Positions 1 to 14,022 of a stretch of 64,000 nt of DNA are shown here, piece by piece. Made by a program: the position numbers and the translations under genes. Each line of letters begins with the position of its first letter. Position 1 is the first letter of the stretch. Under the pieces are notes generated by a model. The model saw nothing but the letters and a program-made list of their open reading frames with translations. It was not told where the DNA came from and did not search any database. The stretch is from Mobula birostris (Eukaryota): the NCBI RefSeq assembly GCF_030028105.1, contig NC_092387.1, forward strand, positions 36,589,590 through 36,653,589, given 5' to 3'.

Positions 1-754
1 GTCCCTGTTGAATGCTACAGTTGAATCTGCCTTCGTGATTTCCTTTGTGGTGCATTCCAGGCGCAAACCACCTGTAGATTTTCTTGTGTCGCTTCTGATC
101 TTTTGCCAGTTGCCTACATTCAAAGCCATCTTATTCCTGAGTCTTCTGCAGAAGAAAACAATTTATCTCTTTCTGCTCTGTCTCTACCATACATAATTGC
201 AAACTTCACTAATAAACTCAGAATTATGTGATTAAGATGGAGTAGGTGGGATTGTTCTCTATTCTAAGGAGAACAACTCCACTTTCTCCGGCCTGTTCAC
301 TTAACTATCCTTCACCCCTGGAATCTTTTGGTAAGCAACTTCATATTCATGCTAAAGCCTTTAGATCTTTTACAGAGTGTGGTAGTCAATATTAATTATC
401 AAATTAAAAGTTCTAGTTATTACTAAATTTCATCAAGATCACTGTTCTTGAACTCTCCGTAACTATTTATAAGGCCCAGAATCCTGTGTCTATTTTAAAT
501 CCTTTCTCCAATCTATCCCACCATTTTCAATGAACAAAGTGCATCTTCCCAAAATCATACAGCACAGAAACAGACTCTTCAGCCCAAACTGCCTATGCTG
601 GCCAAGATGTCCATCTAAGCTAATTCCATTTGCCCAGATTTGACCCATACGTGTCTAAACCTTTCCTATCCATGTACCTGTCCACATGTCACTTAAATGT
701 TGCTATTGTACTTGCCTCAACTACTTCCTAAATATTTCACAGACAGGGTGGTAC

Positions 755-925
755 ATATATGGAAAGAGCACAGTCGACGTTTCGGGCCAAGACCCTTCAT
801 CTGAAAGGTTTCGGCCCAAAATGTCGACTGTACTCTTTTCCATAGATGCTACCCGACCTGCTGAGTTCCTCCAGCATTTTGTCTGTTGCTTGGATCTCCA
901 GCATCTGCAGATTTTGTCTTGTTTG
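755..925. mobile_element. PLE terminal-repeat inverted pair, internally deleted
   Basis: CAGTCGACGTTTCGGGCC ... GGCCCAAAATGTCGACTG fold-back, followed by the family tail GATGCT..CCTGCTGAGTTCCTCCAGCATTTTG..CCAGCATCTGCAGA. Confidence 0.75.
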
Positions 926-2478
926 CCATTCCTCAGCCCACTTTCCCAGCTCATCGAGATCCCAGTCATTAACTGTCTACAATTCTAGCTATTTTAATGT
1001 GATCTGCAAACACATGTTGTACATTTGCATCCAAATCATTGATCTAGATAACAAACAATGAATGCCGAGTACTGACCGCTGGGGAGCACCACAAGTCACA
1101 GCCTCCAGTCTGAAAAACAAACTTCCACCACCACAATTTGCTTCCTATACTTGTCTATAGTTTCCAGTCCTTGCTTTGCAGCCATTCCTAAATAAAGACA
1201 CAGCATTAGCCACCCTCCAGTCTTCTAGCACGTCACCTAGCACTAACACTAACATATCTATCTCAATCAGGCCTCCCACAATTTCTTCTCACTTCCTACA
1301 TTGATCTCAGACGTATCTGTTTAGACCCCACAGATTTAAATATTGTCATACATTTTCAGATAACTAGCACCTCCTTGACTGTAATGTGACATCCAAAAGA
1401 TAAGCTGCATTAATTTTCCTTGAGTTTCCTAGTTATCAGGTCTTTCTCCACAGTAAAATCAGAAGAGAAATATCAATGGACCTTGTCAATTTCCTCTGGC
1501 TCCATACATAAATATTCACTTTGGTCTTTGGGGGACACTATTCTCACCTGAGTTACTCTTACCCATAAAACCCCTTTGGATTCTCCTCAATGCCAAAAGC
1601 ATCTCATGTTCCCCTTTTGTTTCTCTGATTTTTTTAAAGTACACTCTGCATTCTCTACACTGCTCTAAGGACTTAGTGCCCATGCTGTCTCCTTTTTCAG
1701 TTCTTGTCCCCCCCTTTTACAGTTGTGTACTCTGGTTATATTTCTCTCATTTTTCCTCCCAAAATGTAATGGCTTTTTCTTCGTCATCATTAAATTCTCA
1801 CATATTACACTCTCACAAATCCATCTATTTATTCCACCAACTTGTCTACACCCCTTGAAGTGTTGCTGTGTAATTTTCCCTATGTATAAATCCCAGCCAG
1901 CAACACAGCCAAGGCAAAGTCCAAATTCCCTGACTGACTTCAAAAGCCTGCCTTCATCAATATCAGAAGGCCGGTGATGGGAGATTCACTGCCTGTATTA
2001 CCCAGTGACGGTCACCCTTCACAATCCAGGTTTGCCAAAATTTTGAGAGAAACCACACTTCTAATAAGAAGAGTAATTTGGATGGAATACATATAATTCC
2101 TATCACTCCTGAATATCTCCTAGTCCAAGGCAAAATGGTCAAAACACCTGCACAGGACCAACAGGGCATATCTTGAGAGCCTAAAGAAATGGGTACACAT
2201 TACCATGGTATGAATGTCACATATAAAAGTTTTAATGTGTAATTAATTCATGATGCGTTTTAGCTCATATTGTTCCAATCAGCAGTTGTAGCATTACCAG
2301 TGTTCAAACCAGCATTTTGTCCCAGTTATTTTTCATCTTAAATTGATGGATACTTAAGAGATAAGAAAAATACTAATTACAAACCACATTTACTTGTGAA
2401 AATCTTGGTGAAAATTAAAATACAGTTTTGGTCCAAATGTTCCTGCACTGGTTTGTACCCGATGTTATTTTTGACTTA

Positions 2479-2586
<108 letters not shown>

Positions 2587-3429
2587 CTAGATAAAAGAAA
2601 AACATTTTAATCATCAATAAAATTACATTACCCTAAAACTACCACCGTCTATATAGATAAAATTACCTGTCATTCTGACAGGAAAGGAACATTTCTGAGT
2701 TCATTACTTCAGATTCATCCAAGCAAAACCATTTTCTTTATGTTTCTGCTATGTGTCAAGTCAGGAAATGACATGATTATCTTACAATAATTATTCCTGT
2801 CCACGTCTTACTTGTCTATTTCTTTTATTTGTTTCTCACTTTCATTTTCTGTTTCTTCTTTATGCTTATATTTCCTCCAGTTCTCAGAGCAGTCAGTTCT
2901 ACTGCCTCAGTTTTTGAGAGTTTTTCTAATCTTCTGATACCCTGTTTTCTGCAGGATAGCAGTCTGTGCAATTTCGGTTCTGTTACTAACAATATGCCTT
3001 ACGATGAACTCAACAATTAGCACTGCTTCCACTGACCAAAGAAAGGTAAACTCTGCTAAACTCTGATCCAAAGTTTAAATGCTTTAGTATTTCTCTATCC
3101 ATACTTAGTATGTCACTATCAGTCCATAAAGAGGAGAGATGCATCCAAGCTAAGCTTTCTGGCTCAATGCTGCAAACGGAAAACAGAGTGAAGATCCAGA
3201 GAGACAACAATATTAGATCCCCTTGGCATCTCTCAAACTGTAATAAGCAAAGCTGCATATGATCAGTGTTGACTACAGCCTGAGATAAGGTCACCTTTCA
3301 TCTCAAATGCATCTAATGAAAGATCAAGTTGAAAACAAACCCCTTTCAAAGTATAAATTATTTATAGATACCATAAAACAGGGCAAGATATTAAAATGTT
3401 TTTCCTAAAAGCTTTTTTCTGGAAAATTA

Positions 3430-3669
<240 letters not shown>

Positions 3670-5038
3670 CTATCGGAATTTAAACAGGTATCAAAAATGG
3701 CAACAGAAATCAGCAGAACATTTAAAGCTCATTCCTTTTAATTCAAAGTTGGCTATTTTCTTTTCACTAAGGATTTGAATTACTGAAAGAAAACGAGCAG
3801 TCAGAGGCAAATTTACCTGTTTTAATTCAAAGAACATCTTTTGGACTATCACAGCTTCCTTAGGTGATGTCAATAACTCAGAAAATAACTAAGGAGTTCC
3901 CTTTCTTTCACATGATTAAACCAGTTTAAACTTATCAATCCAAATAGACCTTTCAGTTATCTTATGGTGGTATTCAATGGATCCCACTACTCCCTTAGTA
4001 ACATATAATTAAACCTCATTCTACCTCGATGTATATGAAGATATATTCACCCTGTATTCTGCACCCACGGTACCAAGGTTTATATATCAAAGATACAGCA
4101 CAATCAGGTCTCTTCAGTTCTTGAACAACCCGTATAACCCTATTTACTAACTCAGTATAGCAACACCATGACCACTATGCACTAAACTGACTTTCAGCGG
4201 CCAAAATCTGTTAGGTTACGGATCTGGTATTACAAACTGGGATTAGATTGAATAGTTTTTGCTCCATTGGTAGACATAACGGTCTGGCCTCCAGTGCTAT
4301 AAATTTTCCAGGAATCTAACTTCCTGATATCACACGCACATTTACTTTTTACTTGTTTATGTCCCCTTACCCCAACTCTCACACTTTATTTTTCAGGACC
4401 TCCTTTCCACTTTATATTAAACTAAATAAAAGGTAACTCCTGCTTATTCCTCTGGAGTCTGGGAAGCCAAAATGTTCTCATCTTTCCTGTTACAGTCCAC
4501 TGCCAAGCTTGTAGCACTTCTCTCAACAGTGCTTAAATATCTCCTTTGTGTCTCTGTGAGTATGAATAACAGCAGGAAGGTCTAGTTGGACCAGATCAGT
4601 GGACAGTTTCCAGACATATTTCTGTTTCTGCTCCTTTGTTGTGGCCATCGGACAAATAAAGAAGCCATTTAGCTCACATTTCTGCCAAATGCCCAAATGA
4701 ATTATTCATCTAATTACATGTAGTAACACAAAACTTTTATTCACTAAATATTTAAAAGCAATCATGGATTCTTTCACTTTTTAAAAAAGGAAATTCTATA
4801 TTTTAACATTCTTCCACAAATTCTCCCAATCTCACCATTCATCCTTGGCTGATGATGGCTTTGAATAAAGTCATCAATCACTATTGATTGGAATGAATAG
4901 ATTCCCACAATCAATACCACTTTCAGATTTTGGATTTACATTTTACTCAACTTTAGTCATGGTGGAAATTTCACACAACACTATGATTAAAAAATGATAC
5001 TTATTAGTCACCGTATGTAATTAACAGAATGTAGCTTA

Positions 5039-5341
<303 letters not shown>

Positions 5342-5917
5342 TTATACAAGGGGACAAATACATCAAATAGTAGCTATCTGGTGATGACCACTCTCTTACA
5401 GTAGATAGCAATCTATCATCCTCACTCCCACCCAAGCATGAATATATAATTTATCTACCTTTGTGTGTCTCTCTCCATAGATACAGCCTGACCTGTTCAC
5501 AATCAGAATTATTATCACTATCTTATATGATGTGAAAATTGTTGTTCTGCAGCAGCAGTTCAATGCAAAGACATAAAATAACTAGCAATTACAAAACAAG
5601 TAAACAGTAAAAAAAAAGTAGTGTTTTGGGGTACATGGACTGCTCAGAAATCTGAAGGTGGAGGGGAAGAAACTGTCCCTAAATCATTGAGTGTGCATCT
5701 TGAGGCTCATGTACATCCTCCCAGACAGTAGTAATGAGAAGAGGACAGGTTCTCGATGGTGAGGGTCCTTAATGATGGATGCCACCTTCTTAAGGCAGTG
5801 CATTTTAAAGGTGTCCTCAATGGTGGGGAGGCTTGTAACTGTGACGGAGCTGGAGTCTACAATACTCTGCAGCCTCTTGCGATTCTGTGCATTGGACTAG
5901 TCAGAATACTCTCCACC

Positions 5918-6100
5918 TTATATATATTCCTTCCGGCACCGTGTGTGCCGCACCTTTCCGTTTCCTTAGCATCTGTCTGTTTTTTTTTTACAAGACCGAG
6001 TTGCCAGGTCAATAGAAAACATGCAAGGAACTGGCTGGATTTGAACTCGGGACCATTTGCCTCGAAGTCTGGTGCTGATGCCACTGCACCACTAGCTAGC
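5918..6100 (-). mobile_element. tRNA-derived SINE with 11-bp TSD, inserted in a LINE fragment
   Basis: A box TGGTGCAGTGG and B box GAGTTCAAATCC on the minus strand; TSD TACTCTCCACC at 5907-5917 and 6101-6111. Confidence 0.8.
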
Positions 6101-6877
6101 TACTCTCCACCATACGTCTAAGGAAATTTACAAGAGTCTTTGATGACATACAAAATCTCTTCCATTAGTTCCTTCTGATTTTTTAATGAAATTACTACTG
6201 AATTTATTATTGAAGGTATTTTATGGTCTCTAGTTTTGATCCTATGTGGAAATATTTTTACACCTACTCTACTAACATCCTTCATAAATCTAAAGACTTG
6301 TAAATGTTAATCTTCATTATTTCCTTATTTTCAAACACTACTTGAAACTTCCATTTTGATTGAGTTTACATAAGCTGATAGTAAATTTTATTTGATTATG
6401 CTCCCATAAAGTCTTCGGATGTGTTACACAACAAAATAAGTAGGTAATCTGGCTTCTCAAGCCCTCCATGTGAACACAGCTATATTAAATACATTATATA
6501 CATGCAAGTAGTTAGTGTAAGGTAAGGAAGGATTGAAAAATGCCATGTAAATTTATGGAGGACTTCAGTTTATGTCTAATCTGATCAAGCTCCTGTAGAG
6601 GAAAAGCCAAGGAACAGAATCACAGAAAAAAATTACAATTAAAAAAAGGCATTTATATTTTTACCAAAATTAATCTGAACAATATCTAAGAAAGGAATAT
6701 ATTTAAGCAGAACTGTCAAGAGGTGTAAAGTTTTCAGAAGGTCCAGGAAATGCAGTCAAACTGACAGCTGTGCATGGGATAACAATTTGGAAAACTGCTA
6801 CATTCAGTGTTGAACATGAATGTATCACATCCCCACGTTGTCCAGCAGATTCTGCAATTTAATCACCAATTCATATA

Positions 6878-7304
6878 CACTCCGGGGCCACTTTATTAGG
6901 TATGCCTGCTCATTAATGCAAATATCTAATCAGCCAATCATGTGGCAGCAGCTCACTGCATAAAAGCTTGCAGACATGATCAAGAGGTCCAGTTGTTATT
7001 TAGACCAAACAACAGAATGTGAAGTAGTGGATTGTGGAATGATTGTTGGTACGGTCTGTAGAGTTTACAGAGAATGGGGCAAGAAACATGGAGTGAGTGG
7101 CAGTTCTGTGGGTGAAAATGTCTTGTTAATGAGAGAGGTCAAAGGAGAATATCCAGACTGATACAAGCTGACAGCAAGGCAGCAGTGGTGTTCAGAAGAG
7201 CATCTCTGGATGCACAACATGTTGAACCTTGATGTGGATGGGCTACAGCAGCAGAAGACCACAACGGCTTCCACTCCTGTACTTAATAACATGATCACTG
7301 AGTG
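6878..7304 (+). mobile_element. Tc1-type non-autonomous element flanked by TA
   Basis: TA-CACTCCGGGGCCACTTTATTAGGTA ... TACTTAATAACATGATCACTGAGTG-TA imperfect TIRs; internal transposase-like remnant (GMIVG..RVYREW). Confidence 0.75.
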
Positions 7305-10226
7305 TATATATGCAAGTTCTTATTCTGGGAGACAAGAGACTGCAGGTGTTGGAATCTGGAACAACAATCAGCAGGAGAAACTCAGCAGGCTGAGTAACAT
7401 CTATGGGGTGGGGGGAAGGAAATGTAGGCATTTCAGATCAAAACCTTTTATAGGCATTATAAAGAACAAGGGGGGGATGCAGTGACACAGGAGCCAAAGG
7501 TGATGGGTGAACTAATACACTGGGAGAAGAATGACAGACAGATCAGCCAGTAAGTGGTGGAGATGGGAGATGGACAGTTGATGATAGATGGAGGCTGCAC
7601 CCATCTGCCTTTCACCTCTCCTCTAATGGTTCCCACTATCACCTTCTCTGTAGCTAAAAAGGTTCAGAAAATTGCTGCTGATGCCACTGGAATTTCTGTC
7701 CTTGGGTCCTTCAGCATGCTAGGATGCTGACGGAATGGTTTAAACACAATTTCAGCTAGCCTTAATTTTCTGCCCCTTTTTCCAGCAGCAGCACCAACTT
7801 CAGTGTTAAAGATGAGCACAAAGTATTAATTTAGTACTTCAGTCACACCCTCTACCCCAACTGGTGGATCTACTTCTTGCTCTCTAAACAGTCCCATTTC
7901 TCCTGTTTATTATTTACATTAGGTGATTTTTGGATTCCCTTTTACACCTATTGCCAGTCTTTTCTCATTCTCCTTCTTTTGCCATCATTTTATTTGTCAA
8001 TTCTTCTTAGAATTTTTTTATGATCAGCTGGTTCCGTCTTTGCTTTATTTTTCTCTTTCTGTTAGGACATCAATTTCCCCCTTGCCCCCACCCATTAGAA
8101 TTTACTTGAACCACTCTTCTCTTTAAAGGCCACCAATGTTCAATTAAAGGGTTTGGTCAATCTTTGAATCACTTTACAAAAAGATGATAAGATTATTAAG
8201 TCTGAACAATTAATTCTGTTTCCTGGACTGGATTGCAATACACTGAAATTGGCTCTGCCCCAACTGACTATTTCAAGTTAAAACTGTCCACATCCTTTTT
8301 GACGACTATGCTAGATCTTAAGAGAATATAATTATTGTTCCATAAATGTTCTCCCACTGATCTTTATGATCTCTGACATTTCCCAGAATCAAGTCCAGAA
8401 ATATTTCCTTCCTCATTGAGCAAGAAATGTGTTCGTTGAGGAAGTTTATGGAGCACACAAAATTCTTCCCTTTCTGCCCCTTATGAAATTATGACCCTTA
8501 TATCCGGTAAATCAAAACACTGCAGATGATGCAAACTTGAAGTAGCAAAAACTCAGTAGGTCAGGCAGCATCTGTGGAGATAGAAGGAGAGAACATTCCA
8601 GACTATGACATCAGGAGAGGAAACATTAGGAAACAATTAAAAACTCTGGATTCTTTTACTTTGCTGAAAAGGGAACAGATGAAAAGAGAAATCAGAATGT
8701 CTGCTAGGATGAAGATCAAGAGAAAAATGAATGACACAGATTGTTTTAACTGCAAAGGGATAAAGCAGTTAGTTAAAAACTGCTAATGTGTTTTGGACAG
8801 GATGTAAATTGAGAACAGAAGAGAAGCAAAATTAAACATGCTGTAACTGTGAGAAGCAGGACCCAAGAGCTTCTGGAAATCTTAAATATCAGAGATTACT
8901 GCAATGGATTTCCAGCTTCAGCAGCTTTATGAGTCCTGAGAAGTAGGTCCTCCCTAGGTTACAATGCCTGACTTATGTACATACAAATGGGTGTTTGGGG
9001 GCCAGAGGTATGCATCTCTGGCTGCTGTAGGGCTGTTGGTTTCTTCTGCCACGTGGGGAAAATTGTATTTGAATATTCAAGTTAAACACCCTACTTTAAT
9101 TACACATTGTCTTTAGTTGGCCCATGTTTATATATTTAAATATTTTGCTGGTGGCCACAATTCTGATTTGCAAACTGTTCTCATTAACGCATGTTCTCGC
9201 AGCCTCAGCGAGATCTCTATGTCTGCTTTTATTTCTTCACATTCTGATATGTAGTGTCTTCCCAGCAGTCTCATTTATTTCAGATTTTCAGCAACAGCTT
9301 TGATCTGTATCTCAGACCCAGTATGATTCTGTTTTACTTCTCTCTACTATTCTCTCTCCATTTTTCACCTCCTCCAAATGGACTAGTTGCCACCAACTTT
9401 TATGACCCCTTCTCGATGAAAGCTGTCTTGGTAACAGGAGACAGAGAGTGATGTTGGAAAGATTTTGTGAACGAAGGCCTGCGACTAGTGAAAATACTAT
9501 AGGGACTGGTGTGGAGTCCATGTTGTTTGTTAAATGCATTAACAATTTGGACACAAATTTAGGAGTTATGAAGGGTTTGCAAGGGACATGAAAATTAATG
9601 GCATTATTGGTAGTGAGGAAGGCAGACAGGTTACAGAATAATGATTAGCTGATAAGGGAAAATTAATAGCAGATGAAATTTAATCCCATCAAGGGTGAGG
9701 TGATATATTTTGTGAGGTCTAATAAGGTAGGACACACACCATGGAAGTTAGGGCCCTAATTATTAAAGAACAGCATGATCTTGGGCCACAAATGCATATA
9801 TTCCTAATGATGGCAGCATAGGCAGGTAATGTAATTAAGAAGGTATACCGGGTCTTGGCATTCGTTATCCAGGGCCCAGAAAAGAAGAACATGGTGGTCA
9901 TGTTAAAGCTTTGGTTAGGCCACAGCTGTAGGTTGTATGCAATTCTTCTCACTACTCTCTAATTATGCACCATTTTCTATACTTAAAAGTGCTAGCCACC
10001 GGGAATACTCCTGAGATCACCACCTTCTTTAACTCTTTCTTACTTTTTAAAGCCTGCCTGCAGGACCTAGTCCCTTTTTACCATCTACATTGTCCTACCA
10101 CAACTTCTGGATCAATTCCTTTCATCCACAAACAACAGGAATTCTGCAGATGCTGGAAATTCAAGCAACACACATCAAAGTTGCTGGTGAATGCAGCAGG
10201 CCAGGCAGCATCTCTAGGAAGAGGTA

Positions 10227-10264
10227 CAGTCGACGTTTCAGGCTGAGACCCTTCATCAGGACTA
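10227..10264 (-). ncRNA. Minimal type I hammerhead ribozyme motif, intact (PLE terminal repeat)
   Basis: Minus strand reads UAGUC-CUGAUGA-AGGGUCUCAGCCU-GAAA-CGUC-GACUG: stem I UAGUC/GACUG, full core, short stem II, palindromic ACGU stem III, GUC triplet. Confidence 0.8.
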
Positions 10265-10678
10265 ACTGAAGGAAGAGTTGGTAAGAGATTTGAAAGTGGG
10301 AGGGGGAGGAGGAGATCCAAAATGATAGAAGAAGACAGGAGGGGGAGGGATGGAGCCAAGAGCTGGACAGGTGATTGGCAAAAGGGATATGAGAGGATCA
10401 TGGGACAGGAGGCCCGGGGAGAAAGACAAGTGGGGGGGGGGGAACCCAGAGGATGGGCAAGGCGTATAGTCAAAGGGATAGAGGGAGAAAAAGGAGAGTG
10501 AGAGAAAGAATGTATGTATAAAAATAAATAATGGATGGGGTACGAGGGGGAGGTGGGGCATTAGCGGAAGTTAGAGAAGTCAATGTTCATGCCATCAGGT
10601 TGGAGGCTACCCTCCTATCATTTTGGATCTCCCCCTCCCCCTCCCACTTTCAAATCTCTTACTCACTCTTCCTTCAGT

Positions 10679-10716
10679 TAGTCCTGACGAAGGGTCTCGG
10701 CCTGAAACGTCAACTG
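10679..10716 (+). ncRNA. Minimal type I hammerhead ribozyme motif, near-intact
   Basis: UAGUC-CUGACGA-AGGGUCUCGGCCU-GAAA-CGUC-AACUG; core intact, one C-A mismatch at the first stem I pair. Confidence 0.65.
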
Positions 10717-10919
10717 TACCTCTTCCTAGAGATGCTACCTGGCCTGCTGCGTTCACCAGCAACTTTGATGTGTGTTCCTTTCATCCACAGACTGCTCTGC
10801 ACCATCCTGGCAAAGCTCGTTAACCCTAACAGGGAGGCAACCCGCTTTGTAGAACTACTTTTGACAACTGCAGGAACACTTGGCTGCCTGTCATCTATGA
10901 AATTCTCCTAAATGTATTT

Positions 10920-11965
10920 CTTTTGTTTAAATTTTTTATTTATTTTTATTTGGATAAGGAATTCACAAGTATCATGAACTTTTTTCACATGTATAACCTT
11001 TTCCTTTTTTTTAATATATGTATAAATCTATAATTATTTATACATTCCTAAGTACACATCGAGATGATATAAAAAGTAATTAGGCACTTAAATAGATAAT
11101 TAAGTGCAGTTGTAATTCTACTCTATTAGGCTAAGTAATGATATTAGTTGTTAAGAAAAATAGTAATAATAGTGGATTAATAATAATTTCCATACATCTC
11201 TTCTGGACCATTTCTTTCTGGTCCAAAATATTGTATGAAAGCCTATGTAACTACCATTGTAGGTGTTTATATCTTAACTCATTCATGTTTGCTCCTACCC
11301 CCAAAAAACATAATTATCCAATCCCTATGTACTTAGTTACTTAATTTTATCATTTTTCCCCTTTCCCAAATCTTTTCCTTTACTTGTGTTAATTCTCCAT
11401 TTTCCAAAAAAAGAAAAAAAAAACAGTAAACATTTGGACCAAGGGTGCTTATGTTAGCAATATTACTGCGTTGATGAGGAGAGCAGTATAAATCATTAGG
11501 AGAGTCATCTAAAGTCTGCTCACTTTGGGGTTATATATTCAATCAATTTATTCCAAATTTGATAAAATTTTTCTTTTTGAATTCTCAAAGAGTAAGTCAT
11601 CTTTTCCATTTTAAATATTTCCAAGATAATTTCGTGCCAATCTTCTAATTCTAGTGATTGATTTCTTACTTGCCGCTAAAGGGGCCTGCAGCAACTTTAT
11701 ATCTTTCTTCTGTTCAAGGAACAATACATGCCCCAAATAGAGCGTCTCAACGTTCAGAGGTATCTGGGTCTTAAGTACCTTAACTAATGTTCTATGAATA
11801 CCTTTCCAATATAAATTTAATTTAGGGCAATCCCAGAAAATATGGAAATGATTTGCCTCCTTGGAGCCGCACCTTCTCCAATACGTCACGTTTGTGTCTT
11901 TATATTTTTCCTGATATGGGGTCTTGAAGTATCTTATAATATTTTTCCAACAATGTTCCCAACTG
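10920..11965 (-). mobile_element. L1/Tx1-like LINE 3' end
   Basis: ORF 11611-11889 has the zinc-knuckle WRRCG...HFHIFWDCPKL..YW of L1-clade ORF2, followed by an AT-rich 3' UTR and A-rich tail on the minus strand. Confidence 0.75.
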
Positions 11966-12639
11966 TATTTCTAGGCTTTATTCTTCCTGCCTGTGTAGTC
12001 TGTGCAGTATGGTGCCACTTTCTGGATTGCACTCTGAACTGTCACTTGTTGGGAGACTCAAGGTGGTGTCATAGTGAAGGCTAGTCCCATCAGACATAGT
12101 TTTTCAGAGAAGATGCACAAAACAACAATTAGAAAGCTACATTTACCATCCACCTATTAATGTGTTTCTAGTGCGGCTGAAGACATTGAATTTTAACTGC
12201 AAGGTAACTATTTCATTGTCAATAAATATGTGCAACATAGAGTAGGAATTTCTTCGTAATGCAGTTACTTATGTCACTATACATCACATTTCATTTCAAC
12301 CTTCCCAACATTGAATCAGTATCATCCACATTCACAGTTATTATCACATCAGGGTGTTTAAATTTGGCTGGCAAGCAAGGTCATGGCAATGTTCTCATCA
12401 CAGAAATTCAATACAAATCCAATGAAGGCAAAAGGACAACAACATTTCTTTCTAAGAACAAATTGGGTACCATATTTCTTATAACATTGGCCGCAAAGCA
12501 TTCGAGGTGTGAGGTCACAAAATAATAACTCCAATTCAAGTTCTTTCTATCATCTTTGATAGAAAATTATTCTGTGCTCTGGAGACATTGCATTAAAGCA
12601 TATCGGGTGCAAAAAAAAACAGTATGAGGTTTGGATTTA

Positions 12640-12885
<246 letters not shown>

Positions 12886-13711
12886 CTAAAATGGAAATAG
12901 AGAAACAGAAATAACATACATAAGATATAGATGGAATTGGGCAATATTAATTCTCTTCCAAATACTGCAGAATTACTGCATAAACTTCGCATAATAAACA
13001 GATTCTCTGTTCCCTGCTCTTCCTCCCCTCACTCAAGGCGGTTTTATATTACTGTTTTCCAATCAGCTGGAACTTTTCCAGAACCTAAGTAATTTTGGAA
13101 CATCATAAATCAAAGCAGCCAACTATCTGAGAACTGTAGGCCTCAGCTGATCAGTGGTGTTAGTCTTTTGTTTGTTTGTTCAGTAATACTTCTCCAATGA
13201 CATCGATTATTTTACTTTCTTGCTGTTCCAGAGGTTCAAAGGTCCAATTTAATGTCAGAGAAATGTATACAATGTACACCCTGAAATGCTTTTTCTTCGC
13301 AAACATCCACGAAACAGAGAAGTGCCCCAAAGAATGAACGACAGATAAACACAAGAACCCCAAAGTACCCCCCCAGCTCCCCTCCCTCCAGCACGTAAGT
13401 GGCACTGAACAACAATCCCCCCCTCCCCCCACTGGCAAAAAAAGCAGGCACTGGCACCGTCACCAAGCGATAGCAAAGACACAGATTTGCAGTTACCCCA
13501 AAGACTTTGCGTTACACCTGGCATTTGACATACCACAGATTCTCTCTCTCTCTAACAAGGGAGAAAAGGGTGTCTCCATTTTCCCAGCAAGCAGGGAGAC
13601 ATTACAAACAACTCACTGGTTTACAATGTTAAAAGTTCAATACGTCGCTTTTTTCGAGCTTCGTGTCTGAAGGTTGCAAAGATCCCGGGCCTTCGGCTGT
13701 TTTTGACCATT

Positions 13712-14022
13712 TTTATTTATTTAGCGATACAGTGTGAAGTAGGCCCTTCTGGTCTTTTGAGCCACGCTGCCCCAGCAACACCTGACAAACTCGACTAATC
13801 CTAACCTAATCCTGGGCCAATTTACAATGACCAATTAACCTATCCTGTACGTCTTGGGACCGTGGGAGGAAACTGGAGGACCCGGAAAAAACCTACGCAT
13901 TCCACAGAGAGGACGTACAGACACTCCTCACAGAATGGTGCTGGAATTGAACTCCAAGCTCCGGAATGGGCACACCCTGAGCTGTAACAGTATCGTGCTA
14001 ACTGCTACACTACTATGGCGCC
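13712..14022 (-). mobile_element. V-SINE-like tRNA-derived SINE
   Basis: Minus strand has a tRNA-like head with B box GAGTTCAATTCC and a V-domain-like CCGGGTCCTCCAGTTTCCTCCCAC..CCCAAGACGTAC..GGTTAATTGG. Confidence 0.7.

Larger units (their letters stand above)
10131..10774 (-). mobile_element. Young Penelope-like element 3' end with inverted partial terminal repeat and 15-bp TSD
   Basis: Minus strand encodes a GIY-YIG C-terminus GSLQPDGMNIDFSNFR* (about 10561-10611) followed by the terminal repeat. 10612-10774 is an inverted copy of about 10169-10331. TSD TTCCTTTCATCCACA at 10116-10130 and 10775-10789. Confidence 0.9.
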
